From Intoshia linei (taxonomy: Eukaryota; Animalia; Orthonectida), in assembly GCA_001642005.1 (NCBI GenBank), contig LWCA01000245.1, positions 1 through 37,123 of the forward strand: 37,123 bases of DNA. Reading direction: 5' to 3'. The translations under genes and the position numbers were made by a program. Below, one piece after another: positions 1 to 13,030 of this stretch. How positions within the stretch are numbered: the stretch's first letter is position 1; the number at the start of each line of letters is the position of its first letter. The notes beneath the pieces are model-generated. The model was not told where the DNA came from, searched no databases, and saw only the letters and a list, made by a program, of their open reading frames with translations.

Positions 1-285
1 ATTTAAATTTATGGTAATGTTTATGATTTTAAAATCCGTATCAGCGTATATATTGTTTTAAATTCTCCAACACGTTTGATTTTCAAAAAGAGAGACAACT
101 GGGGTTTTTGACCCGTTAGATGTAAATTTGGGAGGTTGAAATTGATATTAATATACGTCCCGGAAAAAACTGTAATTGAAATGTGGACTTTAAAAAATTC
201 TAAGACTGGTAGTTATTTAAATAAAGCGTAACACACACAGACAGACACAAACAAAAATTCGCGTAGCATATTATATAAGGTAGGA
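1..285 (-). mobile_element. Non-autonomous Helitron family A, 5' part (truncated by window edge)
   Basis: Minus strand starts A|TCCTACCTTATATAA, followed by a GTCTGT/GTGT microsatellite. The body closely matches 8551-8760, 12100-12300, 29990-30200 and 36720-36960. Confidence 0.8.
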
Positions 286-457
286 TAATAAGATTAATTC
301 AATGTTGGTAAGAATGCTGCATCCAAAATGCAAGATAAAAGCAAAAAGTATTGTACTACATTTATTTAAAATTTTATTTTTTCGAAAAATCATGTTATTT
401 ATGCCGATTTTTAGGATTGTACTGTTTTTACTTTATTTTGAATTAAAAATCTGGGTT

Positions 458-3400
458 TCAGTTCCAGAAATTAATTTTTATAGATTTTTTCATAAATACA
501 CACTTATGAAATTTATCATAACGACATTGTAATTTGAAAATAAAACTATACCTATCCGATAATTGATTAATAATTGGTCCAATATTTTCAATATTTATTT
601 TTTGAGGATAACTAATACACCTAGCATCAACACGCCTTGTCGTAAAACTGGAAAAAGAGAGTTGAGAAATGAACCTACTAAACCGGTACTTAACATTGAT
701 CAAGTTTTTTTCATAATATTCCTGAATAAGCATCATATTCAACAAAGAATCTTTACTAACATGAGTATTATCAATATGATCAAAGTTGTACTCGTTTGTT
801 AGATATTCCACGGTATTTTTTAAATCAAAAGAATTATTGGTATACGTTGAAATTTTTTTATAATTAGCATCTAAAGTGGAATCATGAATGCCATGATCAA
901 AACTCATATTCCCCATATGTAATAAAAAGGGTTTAGTGGATTTAACATTTTGAATCCATTGATTTCTTTTCTGATGTAATCTTAAAGAAGACTGACGCAC
1001 AACATCTTTGGAATTTAAAAAATCACTATTCAAACCATTTGGACTGGTAGACAACGTGGTTTTAGGTACAGTTGACATATTTATACAGTCTAATCTTGGG
1101 TTTTGTTTAGATTCATTAAATAGTTTTAATTTGGATTTTAAATTACAGAGTTTACAAGTCAAGTTTTTTACTACATCAATCATGATATTATCTTGTTCAA
1201 TTAACTCATTGTTATTTTTAACAATTTTGTCAACTTTTTCTTCGTCTGTTGCTTTTAAACTCTGACCAATCAATAATCTGTACCGCACACTAGAAAATTC
1301 CAAATTTCTATTTTTGTAATGTAAATAAACATTTTTTTGAGATTTTTTAATTTGTTCTTGACAATTTTTGATTATTGTAAAAATTTTATCAATATCAAGT
1401 TTTTGAGATTCTTGAGCTTTCAATACCATATTTTCAGATTGAATAATCTTATTTTCAAATTTATTCAAAATTTCATTTTCACATTCAACTATCGTATGCA
1501 ATTCGATAAAAAATTTTTTCAATTGGTTAATATTTTCTGAAAAATTCCAATATAATTGAATTAAATTTATTTTTGATTTCTCAGTTTGATTTTCCAAATT
1601 TTCGTACATTTTGTAATTGGTTTTTAAATTTTTATCAATGCTAATTTTTAGTTTTTCCGAAAAAACTAGTTTACTGCTAAATTTCAAGTTTTCAATCTGA
1701 ATAGCAATTTTTTTTAAATTTTCAATGTTATTATTTACATTATTTAATGTTGTATTGTATTTTTCAATTTTTGAATAACATTGATACAAATATTGAAGAC
1801 CATTGAAAAATTTTTTTAATTTGTCTCCCATTTCAATTACTGGTTCGATTGATTCAATCAAAATTACTTTATTAGTAAAATTTTTGTAAAGTTTTGTTAA
1901 ATTTTTAATCTCATTTTCATGATTACATCTGCCCAAAATTGTCGCTTCCAATCTTGTGTCCATCTTTTTTATGTAGCTATTTAAATTTTTTAACACTATC
2001 GTTTTTGTCATTTGAAGTGGTTCATTGCTTATATTAAAATTACTTAATTTTAATTCAAATTGTTTTAATTTTTCATTTTGATAATTTAATACTACATGTA
2101 TTAATTCGTTATTTTCAGTTTTTATTTCAATTTCATCTTTCATGTAAAGTAGCATTCTGTTCAGTTCAGTGTCACTGTTTATGTATATGTTCCATAATAC
2201 ACTCAGGTTTTCGCATGATTCCGATTTTGAAAATTTATAATCATTCACCAGGCTGTCTTCAAGTATTTCCAATTCATCATAATCATTTATTTGTTCTCCT
2301 CTTTCATATATTATTTTGTTGATTTCCTATGTTGATATATTTTAGTGACTTATTACGGACCAGGAATCCCAAAAATGTAAAAAAATATTGATAAATACTT
2401 TTAGTAAAATGGGGTAATAGATGTATTTAAATGAAACTAAAATGTAGGAATATTACTTTTTCCGTGGGTTCTTTATAAAAAAACTAAGACCGATTTAAAT
2501 TACATCAATACATTTAATGAAATAAGACTTTGACTCAAAGTTATATTGTTTCCATTAGATTTTTTTAAAGAAGGTATTATTCGATATATTAATAGTTAAA
2601 CCCGAGTATCTGTTCGAGTCTTCCTCCCGACAAGTCAAAATTAGACCCCTATAATATTTCAAAAGACGATTATCAGATTTTTTATTATATTATTATCAAA
2701 TATTTGAAAGATAATTTTAAAATTTTTTTAATACAACCTGTGAATTTTTTGAAATTTTAAGGCTGTTTTCAATAAAAAAAGAAGGGTAATTTGTGGTTTT
2801 GGCCCTGAAGGTATAATTTTTTTAAATTTAAATATATGATAATGTTTATGATTTAAATTTTATCCCAGAATTTATGTTTTATCAAATTTTTGGACACGTT
2901 TCATTTTTAAAACCAAAGTTAATTTGGGGTAATTTGACTATGACTGTATGCGTTTCTGAGGTTGAGATTTACGAAAATGTTAATAATTTTAAAACGCGTC
3001 CCAGAATTTATGTTTTATTAAATTTTTGGGTAGTGTTTTTATAAACAAAAGGAAAAATTGGGTTTTTGACCCTGAGGACTCAAATTCTGAAACTGGAACA
3101 TAGATATAAAAAGTGTTTATTAAACACGCTCTGGGAAAAACGGTATAAGAAATTAGCTTTATTTTAATTCTACAACTGTCAATTTTTTATATAAACGGTA
3201 ACACATCAGACGCATACAGACATTACATTTTATATAAGTAAAGGATTCAGTTAACAATGTATGCCTGTCTATTTGTTTGTTTCAGTTTTTTGAAGAAAGT
3301 AAGATGTGTAGAGTTTTAAAAATACCATTTTCTAATATTAATTTTTCATAGATTAGATTTAATTATCGCAATTTTTATTTTCACAAAATTTTTCAGTAAA

Positions 3401-6400
3401 GTCGGTTTATTTCTGAGAGGATAGATAAATTAAACTTTTTCTCCCCACTATGGTTAATTTTTTTCAAATTTCAATTGTTCATAAATTTGTTTTCCCACGC
3501 TTAATACAATTTTGGCCGTTATGGGTGATGCAATATTTATTTAGATATTTGGATGGTCGAGATATAGCCAATTTAGAGTGGTTAACTGTGTTTAAAATTA
3601 GATTTTTTGTAAAATTTTTACTATTTAAAGGTGGATTTAACGAAATTTAAATGTAAAAAATTAACTGATATGTATTGATACTTAGAACTCTAATAAATAC
3701 ACATGTACCTCATATTTCATTTTCATTGTTTCGACATCATCAAGTTCAGAATGCTCAAAATTTAAAATTTTATAAGCTTTATCATTCCATGTACTCAATA
3801 TTGTTAAATTATCTAAATTAATACATCAAATCAGTGATTTCTAACATGGACGATAGCGTTCATTTAGGTCAGGGTGTGAAACCTTTCCACAAATTTAACC
3901 TAAAAGCTATTTTACTCATTAATACTACGGCAGCACAAAATTTACTTTGACATTAAAAACATTTAAACCCATTTTGATAAAGTGTCCAAAGTCAAAAATA
4001 TTTTACAGTTTGCACATAAAAGATTTCACGGTCTCATGCTGCTGTACGACCGCAGGTTGTGAACCCCTGACTTAGACGCTCGACTAAATTTGGTATTTTA
4101 TTATATTAATAATATATTATTTTATTACATCAATAATATTAATTTAATTGTAGTATTTTATTAAATGCGGTAAAATTTTTGACGCTGCTGTGAAAAAGGT
4201 TAGGAATCACAGCATTAAATGAACACAAATAAAAATTAATATTAATAAATACTATACCACAATAATAAATTGATTTTTTCTTAAATTCATTCAAGTAATT
4301 TTTATCTTTCAAGATACATATTCCTAAATTATCCATATCTGAATTCAAGTTTTCAATCATATTATTGTACATTTTTTCGCAGTCTTCATCAGCACATTTT
4401 AAATAGAAATAATTGCGAATTTTGCAAATAAAAGTACTTGCTATTTGATCAAATTTTTTTTTATCTTTTTCAATTTTCTAAATAATATTGATACACGGTA
4501 TATCGGTGGTTTAGTTCTTAAATTATGACTAGTATCATTATATAGGGATGTAATCAAAATTTGAACTAAAATATTACGACATTTTAAAATTAGTAATTTT
4601 TGATCTCAAATGCAATGAAACCATTTTAAATCCAATTCAAAAACATTAATTTAACTAATAAAGTATATTTTACACTCAGAGTTGATTAAAAAATAATTAT
4701 TTAGATTTTAATTACCTTTATTTGGTTTAAATCCAAATTTATCTGATTAATAGTTCGATTTTTGGATTTTAAGCCAATATTTTCTTTTAAAAACCGAATA
4801 TTATTAAAAATCCATTCATGAATTTGCTCAGATTTATTCAAGATGTATTCAGTTTCATGTAATCTTTTTTTAGCCAAAATTTCATAATCCTCCACATTTT
4901 TTGTTGTTTCTTTCCATTTTAAATGTATAGATTTGTTATTTTTTACCATTGAAATCATATAATCATTTTTATCTACTTTTGTGGCCATTTCAGAATAATT
5001 TTGTTTCAAATCTGAATAAATACTCGTCATTAAATCTAATGTTGTTCTAGCTGTATCAATGTCATTTATTAAATCCTTTATTTCATCACATTGATGAGAT
5101 AATTTTGTTAAATTACCCCATTTTGGATCTTCATTTTTTAAATACTTGTTGGTGTCATTTAACCATTTGTTTAAAGTTTTATAATATGTCTAAATAGTCA
5201 ATATAAATTTATTATTTTTATTTCGTATATTTTTGTATGATACATTTTTTAGATATATTTTTGTGTATACACCCGTTCTAACACATGGTCCAAATTTAAT
5301 ACCAATACTCATGGTTCGTATTATCATTTTCTAGCTTGTTAAATATCGACCTATCTATCTATAACAGAGGTGGGTAACCTTAGGTAACAATGAATTTTTT
5401 TATATTAGTGATTTTATGAAATTAGTGGTTCTGGACTACAGAACTCACTACTTTGAACTTGTCTCCATTTTGTTTGAACCGGACCCTTTTCAACGTGTTA
5501 CATGTGGAATGAGAGTTATACATAAAAGTTTGGGTCCATAAAAAGTTTAAGAGTTAATAACCATTTTTTTCTAATTATAAATTTGTTATTATCATAGTTC
5601 AAAATGTTTTAACTCACTCTAGTTTTTTTTTTTTGGATTCAATCTTACAAGGGAGTTTTTATGATTTTTTTTGAACTAAACTTTCAAGGGGGTTTTTAAG
5701 ATTTTATTTTAACCATATTTTAAAAGTGGTTTTTTTTTCATTTAAACTTAAAAACCCCTCTTATTAGTTCTGTTTAAAAAATTTTAAAAACCCCTTTTAA
5801 AAGTTCTGTTCAAAAAAATTTTCTAAAAACCCCCATAAAGTTTGGTCCAAAAAAAAAAATCCTAAAAACCCTTAAAAAGTTTGGTTTAAAAAAAAGTTTT
5901 TAAAACCCAAAATTAAACTAAAATTACAATATAAATAAACATTTTACACATTCTACGGCTTGTCCATGAAATGTATACATTCTACGATTTGCCCGTGGAA
6001 TGTGTACATTTCACAGTTGTACACATTTTATGCAACATATATAAAACTTCATAAATAAATTATTTTATAATTATTAGGTGAGCGGCACTCTGGATCAACC
6101 TGACATGTATATTAATTAATGGCATAAGAAAATTTAAAGTGATTGATTTAACAACACTGAATATGGAACACTTTATTGATAATATATCATTGTACAAACT
6201 ACATTAAATTACCTGGAATTTAACAACTTTGTCTATTGATAATTGATATAATTTTATATTTTTTGTAAGGTATTCATTAATATTGTTATATCGAGTTTCT
6301 ATATCGTGAAGTTGGTTTTCAACGTTACATATAATGTTTTTTGTTGTGATTGAACCGGTAAAATTTGCAATTTCAGTTTTTAAAGCAGCTAGTCTTGTGG

Positions 6401-9400
6401 AAATTTCTTTGACAACATCGTCCTTGTTCTAAAAATTAAATTTAACAAAAAATAAAACAAAATGACTACTCATGTCAATTTATGAAGATGTGACATGTGT
6501 TATTGGGAACTATATACACTGTGCATTGCACAAACTCGCATAAAAATTTATGTGAGATGATTTTCTACATCTTACATACATTAATAATAATTTATTATGT
6601 ATATTGTACATTTGTATTATAATTGTAATTGTAATTGTATGTATTATGTATATATAAATATTAAGAATTTCCCCATTATGATCCAATTACAAATAACACA
6701 AGCTAAAGTATAATAATTAGATTACCATCCAGTCATCCAGTTTATCTTTTAAATTTTCTATAGAATCAGCAGTATTTTTATTTTGAGATTTACTCAGTGC
6801 TGTATCTTTTTCAATGGTTTCAATAAGCATGTTTAAATAATTTATTTCATTTTTTAACGAATTTGGTATTGAACATTTTATTTTATAACATATTTTTTCG
6901 TCAAATTTATCTAAAATTCAAACATAATATACAACGAATAAATATGAAGAATAGTTGTTATTAATCACAACCAAATACATTAGTAGTTGAAATAAAGTAC
7001 ACCCTGTTTTAAAGTTAACCAACTCAATTTTTTTTAATGTATGGATTTATATTTATATTAGTTAACTCAAAAATAGTGATTTTTGGAAATTGTAAAGTTT
7101 GTTTGTTAATAATGGAATAATGCTTTCTGCAGAACGATATACCTTTAAATTTATACTTATTTTCATACCCTAAAAATGTTTAGAATTAACTTTTTTACCA
7201 TTTCCTTAAGATAATTATTTTTTTTAATTTCGACATATCAAACGTTTTTAGACCACTCTAAATCGTGTGTACGTTTTATATGGTACAAAGTATAAGTTCA
7301 TATAACAAATTGCAATAAGTTACGTTTTTCTAATAAAATATAATTATAAATACCCAATTTATTAGCCAATAATTGAACGTCATTTTCAATATTTGCTGAG
7401 AAATTTTGAATCATTTTATTAAATTTGTTAATCAACAAATTCGATTGATCCATGGGTATAATTTTTTTCAAATTAGTTGAAACTGTTAATTTATCATCTA
7501 CTTCACTAAAGTCCTCAGGAAGATTTAAAGCATTTTCAAAAATAAATGTTTTTAAATCAGATAATAATAAGTGGATACTTCTTTTTTTTATCTATGAATA
7601 AACATTATTATGATTATGAATTATCATGTTCATGATATGATAAAACTAGCTGGTATATTGCAGTTAATTTAAAATTATTTTTTAGTTAAAGTTATGTTAA
7701 CAAAATTAAAATTTAAAAACTGAAATAAACTGTATATAATTTTTTTAATTCTGTACCATTAATTAAAAAAATACATATCTAGAAAAGTGCGTCCTGTAGG
7801 CTAGCTAGCTACTGTTTTTACGAAGTAAATAGGATAAAAAATAATATAATATACACTAAATATTATTTAAACATACCTTGACTGTATTAAACATATTTTG
7901 AATTTTTTCGGATTTAATTTCTAAATCTTGTTTAATTTGAATGGATGTATACCATTTATTAATCGATGTAAATCTTTCTTTGAAGCTATCTAGTTTTCCC
8001 ATTTTTATCATGAATGATTTGTAATTCAATAAGACACTATTTGTATCTATTATCTTTTTTTCCATTTTTTGTAACGAATTTTCCATGTTTTCTATGGGTA
8101 AATAAATTTAATGGAAAATTGAAAAATACAGCACCAAATACAGCCAGACTCGTCAATAATGAACACCCTCAATAATACATTTTTTTAATAGGGAATGATT
8201 TGTAAAATTGTGACTAACATTGTAAAAATTATGAAAGTTCATTATTTTGTTCAAATTGTTCAAATTCATTATAATGAATTTAGAAAAAATGATTTTTCAT
8301 TTTGATATTATTTATTTTTTAACCAAATTAAGGAAACTTTTTTTCACCCAATTTTTAAATATGTTGAAGATAATTTGGGTTCGAAATTTGATAGGGTTTT
8401 TAAATTAAATTTTTTTACCCTTTTTTAAAATATTTTGAAAATAATATTAGTTCCAAAATTTTGTAGGGTTTTTAAGGGAATATTTCTAACTTTTTATGAA
8501 AGCCTTTGAAATATAAATTGTGGGTATAACGATTTTTATGGTTACTATTATCCTTACTTATACAATATGCTATATTTATTTATGTCTGTGTGTGTTACCG
8601 TTTATTTTAATAATTACCAATCTTAGATTTTTATAAAGTCCACATTTCAATTACAGTTTTTTCCGGCATTGTTAGTAAAATAAATTTGAAACTCTTAAAA
8701 ATACATCTTCAGGGCCAAAACCCCAAATTAACCTATTTTTTTAATAAAAACAGCCCTAGAATTTATAAAAATTTCAATCTGAATAAGTGACGCCTTCACG
8801 GTCAAAAAGTATTTTAGTATTCATATATTTTTATCCGAAATATTTTATTAACAAAAAAAATGTGAAATAATTAACATCCAAAAATTAAAAAAAAAAATTA
8901 TTCTGATAGAGCTTATTCCAATTGATATAAATACAAAATTTCAACCACAGAAATCTGCGAATTTCCGGTGAATAATAATTTTTAATATATTATCAACCAA
9001 TATTTTTCAAATGTTTCGATTAAAATAAAAATTGAAAATGTAAATATTGATCCTACAATTNACGGTCAAAAAGTATTTTAGTATTCATATATTTTTATCC
9101 GAAATATTTTATTAACAAAAAATATGAAATAATTAAAAGTCCAAAAATTAAAAAAAAGATTATTATGATAGAGCTTATTCCAGTTGATATAAAAACAAAA
9201 TTTCAACCCCAAAATTTTAAATTCAAATGACCGGTCCATGGTGAAACATTCTTGGAAACCACTCAATGAAAGGATTCGTAATAGTGAATATTAGTATTTT
9301 TGTGTAAGATTTTATTTAATTTATTTTTTTGGTAGAATTAAAAAATTTTACGCAGTAGAGCTACTGCTTTTTGTATGACGTAGATAACAATCAAGCTAGT

Positions 9401-12400
9401 AAATAATAATATAAAAACCTTTGAATTGAATATCAGCTTTTTGTATACCAATTTTTATATCATTTAGATTTAGCACCTTATTTGAATATTCTATTTCAAT
9501 TTCCTAAATACATAAAATATCAATTAATTAAAAATTTTATTTATGTTATGATCATTGATTATAATACTATATATATTTTTTTAAATTGTAAAACTTATTT
9601 ATTGTTAATAAAAGAAGTAGTTCTGGTTTTTGACCCAAATTTTTAATTAAATGTTAATTTTAACTGTAACGTAAAGTAAAGAATTACTAATATTATACAA
9701 TTAGCCTTTACCCACCAATTACGGTGCCGTTGTTGTAGATACTCTTAGTATACATAGGTTGTCAAATATATAAACACTGAGCCACCAACAAAAAATTTTA
9801 CTCCTAGGAGATAAATTTCCACAGTTTATATTTTTTGACTGTGCAAACAAATTTTTAAATATTTTTTAAAATGTATGCTTAACAAATGGTACTACCGTTG
9901 TGCTAATTTTTTTCTCTTCCTGTATAACCTGCATTTATGTTTTTAGGAAAAAGATAACATTTCTAACCATTTTTGGTTGGCGACACATATTTCAATCACA
10001 AAAAATTTCGCGACACACCAATCAAAAAAATAAACGATTGATTAATAAATATAGTCGAATCAATTTTTTTCTAATGATAATCTGAAAATAAGCAATATAA
10101 AATTTATCATCATCACTAAAAATATCTTTGATTTGCATTTTTACGTCTTCCAATTGTATTGTCTGCTTGTATTGCTGTATTGTATTGTATTTTTAAATAA
10201 AATTGCTACCAGATTTAATTGAAACAATTTCACAATTTTTTGATTTTTAAAATTTTAAGATATTTATGCTTTTAAATACACTAAAAACTTTAATTATTTT
10301 TACTTTCGTTAAAAAAATCATTTCTTCAATGTCTTCAAATTTCAATTTTTCATTTTCCATAGATATTGACATTAATTGTAAATCCTTTTGACGCATAGTA
10401 CTCCAATCAAACAACTCTTCTTTAAATTTTCGGCATATTAAATTTATCGAAGTTTCTTTATTATTTTTGTAATCTTCCAAAATTTTCTTACATTCATGTA
10501 TCTACAAAAATATTTATAAATAAAAGTTAACAAATAAGAGTTATAAATAACATTAAAAATTTACTTCATTTTTAAATCGAAATATTTCTTTTATAACTAA
10601 ATTCCAAATACTTTGAATATCTGTCAATTTTATTTCATTGTTTTCCAAAATAAAGCAAGTGTAATCTTTTTTATCTTGTATATTCTCCAAGTTTATTATA
10701 TCACCCTTTACAATATTTTGCGAATTTGCCTGGTTTGGTCCAAATGTGCTTATATACTCTTTAAGGGTATGATAAACAGATTTAAAATTGTCATCATATT
10801 CTTCGCTGTAACTTTTAGATATCATTAATTGTTTTTCTAAATGATCTACGATTGTATTGGATTCATCCACTTGAGATTCTTTTTCCTAAAAATTAAAGTA
10901 TATCATTATTATAAATTTATTTTCATTAGTACACCATACATCAATATCATGTCATAAAATAAGGAAATCAATTAAAAACGTTAAGGATAAAAATATAAAT
11001 GTCCATAATTTAGTATATACAAAACTATAGCTTAGAAAACGTATTTTCAATCCAATTCAAAAACTTTACCAACTTTTATATTTTATTTTTTCTAGTATCG
11101 GTTTTATATTATATGCCTATATTTCCAAATGTAAATACCTGACACTCTGTAACCATAATATTCAACAGAGAATTGACATTGCTTTTACTTTTATTCATTG
11201 ATAACTCAGAAATTGGTAAGACGGATTGATCAAACTTTTTGATGAATGCATCAAATTTTTTAGACTTTGGTTTTAAAATTGCTTTTTCTTTGTTTAAATT
11301 CATTAAATTTTCAATTTCATTTTCAAAATTTTTTCTTGTTGTATTTTTTATTTTTTCGATAGTTTTCCATAATACATCATCATTGTCGTAATTTGATAAC
11401 CAATTTTCTATTTTTTTTCTACTATTTTCAAAATTTCGAGACGATTTATCAAAATTTTGTTTAGCGTCCAGCAGGTTTTGTAAATAAAATATCATATCGC
11501 TTAAAATGCTTATGGCTGATCTGTATTGTGGTACTTTGTGTAATATTACTAAATTTTAATAAATGTAAAAAATAAAACGTTAACACAGATATTAAATTTT
11601 ATATTAATAAATATAATTATATTTTATATAGTTACAATAAGGCTCAGTAATCTTTTACCTAAACTTTCGTTGTAGCAAGATTTTATTGTATTGATAGTTT
11701 CTACATTTCCAATTAATATTTTAATTTCTGTAACAATGTTTTGTACGTCCTGAATAAAATATTATACAAGTATTTTATAACGTGTATTAATTTTCAGATC
11801 TGTCCGAAACCGACAGAATTCACGATATCATGGCTAATTTTTAAAATTTTAAATTTTTTTAAAATTATTATTTTAATATTTTCATGGAAATTCTATGATC
11901 TAACAACGGATAAATGCGCGTAAGACAGTTTTATGATTACACTGAAAAAAATAAATATTTTGAAGAATTTTTTGCACAAATTTTCATCTAAAAAAACTAT
12001 TTTTTTATTTTATTTACAAGTTTTCCGAGTGTAGACTTAATTTCTAAAATTTTGCAACACCCATAATGTATATTTATCTTTACGTATATATGCTTTGTTA
12101 ATCTGTGTATGTGTGTGTTATCGTTTATTTCAATAACTACCAGTCTTATAATTTTATAAAGTCCACATTTCAATTACAGTTTTTTCCGAGGATTTTAAAA
12201 TCATAAATATTATCATACATTTAAACTTTAAAAAAATATATTTTCAGGCCAAAACCACAAATTACCTTTTTTTTAATGAAAACAGGCCTATAATTTAAAA
12301 AAATTTCAATCTGAATAAATGACGCCTTCACGGTCAAAAAAGCATTTTAGTTTTCATAAATTTTTTTTCCGAAATATTTTATTGAAACAACAAATGTGAA

Positions 12401-12865
12401 ATAATTAACAGTACATTGAAAAATAATAAATTTAAAATTTGGGATAAAAATTGTTTCTAAAATTCTTTACGCAAATGTTAACAAAACAAAATTAAACAAA
12501 TTTAAAGTTAAAACTAATGTGATATGACAATTCCACCTCAAACAAGTTTAGAAACCACTCTTTTAAAAGATTCATAATTGTGAATAGTAGGATTTTTGAG
12601 TTAGATTTTAAACTGAGTGAATTTATTTTTTTTGTAGAATAAAAATGTGCCTTCGGCAGAGCTAGGTGCTGTTTGTATGTAGTACATAACAGTCAACTTA
12701 GTGTATATATAAATTAATGATACTTACCAATATCTTTTTAGCATTAATTTTTATTTTTGCCACAAAATTTGTAAAAATTGACTGTATAATATTGTTAATT
12801 GTTATAAATTTATTTTCAATGTTTAACATTATTATGTTGTGCATATTTGTAATGGATTCAATCAT
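458..12865 (-). CDS. Large multi-exon spectrin-repeat (plakin/nesprin/dystrophin-like rod) protein, ~1,640 aa
   Basis: Phase-consistent GT-AG exons: 12865-12728, 11749-11659, 11548-11139, 10885-10565, 10501-10304, 9928-9896, 9503-9419, 8091-7877, 7591-7354, 7257-7199 (contains TGA), 7142-7067, 6910-6726, 6428-6213, 5189-4716, 4477-4258, 3812-3709, 2326-458. Spectrin-repeat helix signatures recur (FENSRKKIENWL, FTSINKWY, KFQTYYKTLNKWLND, SIHLKWKET, SEQIHEWIF). The start codon and the 7.0-7.35 kb and 9.9-10.3 kb splicing are uncertain. Confidence 0.75.
2660..3245 (-). mobile_element. Helitron family A copy (diverged, intronic)
   Basis: 5' end TATATAAGTAAAGGA at 3231-3245. Shares GGGTAATTTGTGGTTTTGGCCCTGAAG and other blocks with the other copies. 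Left boundary approximate. Confidence 0.7.
3870..4069. mobile_element. Old hAT-type MITE
   Basis: Imperfect TIRs CAGGGTGTGAAACCT ... AGGTTGTGAACCCCTG. The flanking 8-mers ATTTAGGT and ACTTAGAC match only 5/8. Confidence 0.55.
5496..6037. repeat. Foldback-like element with inverted arrays of ~40-bp degenerate repeats
   Basis: AAGGGGGTTTTTAAG-type units at 5650-5735 face inverted TAAAAACCCC units at 5750-5910. The ends TGTTACAT...ATGCAACA are imperfect inverted repeats. No TSD seen. Confidence 0.5.
8551..9399 (+). mobile_element. Helitron family A, copy with both termini
   Basis: Inserted between A(8550) and T(9400). 5' TCCTTACTTATA; 3' CTAG preceded by the hairpin GCAGTAG-AG-CTACTGC; no TSD. 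Spans an assembly N at 9061. Confidence 0.85.
12077..12701 (+). mobile_element. Helitron family A, near-complete copy
   Basis: 5' A|TCTTTACGTATATA, GT microsatellite, conserved body. The 3' block GTGCCTTCGGCAGAGCTAGGTGCTG...CAACTTAG|T is shared with 27770-27825. Confidence 0.8.
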
Positions 12866-13030
12866 TCTAAAATTTAAATATTTAAACGTATCAATCACTA
12901 CATATATTATTATGTTATATTATTATTAGGGCAATTTATTTATGACACATTAATACAAAAAATGAAAACAAAAATATGACATTTCCTAAAAATAATATTA
13001 CTTTTTATGACAAATTCATTTATTATAGTA

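Noticed and set aside
458-700. KASH domain at the spectrin-protein C-terminus
   Set aside because: No transmembrane helix and no terminal PPPx.
302-1540. Short plus-strand ORFs, and similar ones at 10613, 12717, 19089, 22914, 33170, 33987, 35185 and 36857
   Set aside because: They are antisense shadows of real exons or chance ORFs in AT-rich repeats, and many start at non-ATG codons.
8797-9215. Apparent ~150-bp direct duplication (8797-8945 vs 9062-9210)
   Set aside because: The second copy begins exactly at the single N (9061), so it is most likely a scaffold join of repeat-ending contigs rather than a real tandem duplication.
9968-10174. Extra exon of the spectrin-repeat gene
   Set aside because: Reading from the AG at 10175 hits TGA near 10022, and the gene splices in frame without it.
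12646-12665. U6 snRNA-like 5' hairpin (GTGC..TTCGGCAG)
   Set aside because: No ACAGAGA box or other U6 sequence follows. It is the subterminal hairpin of the Helitron.
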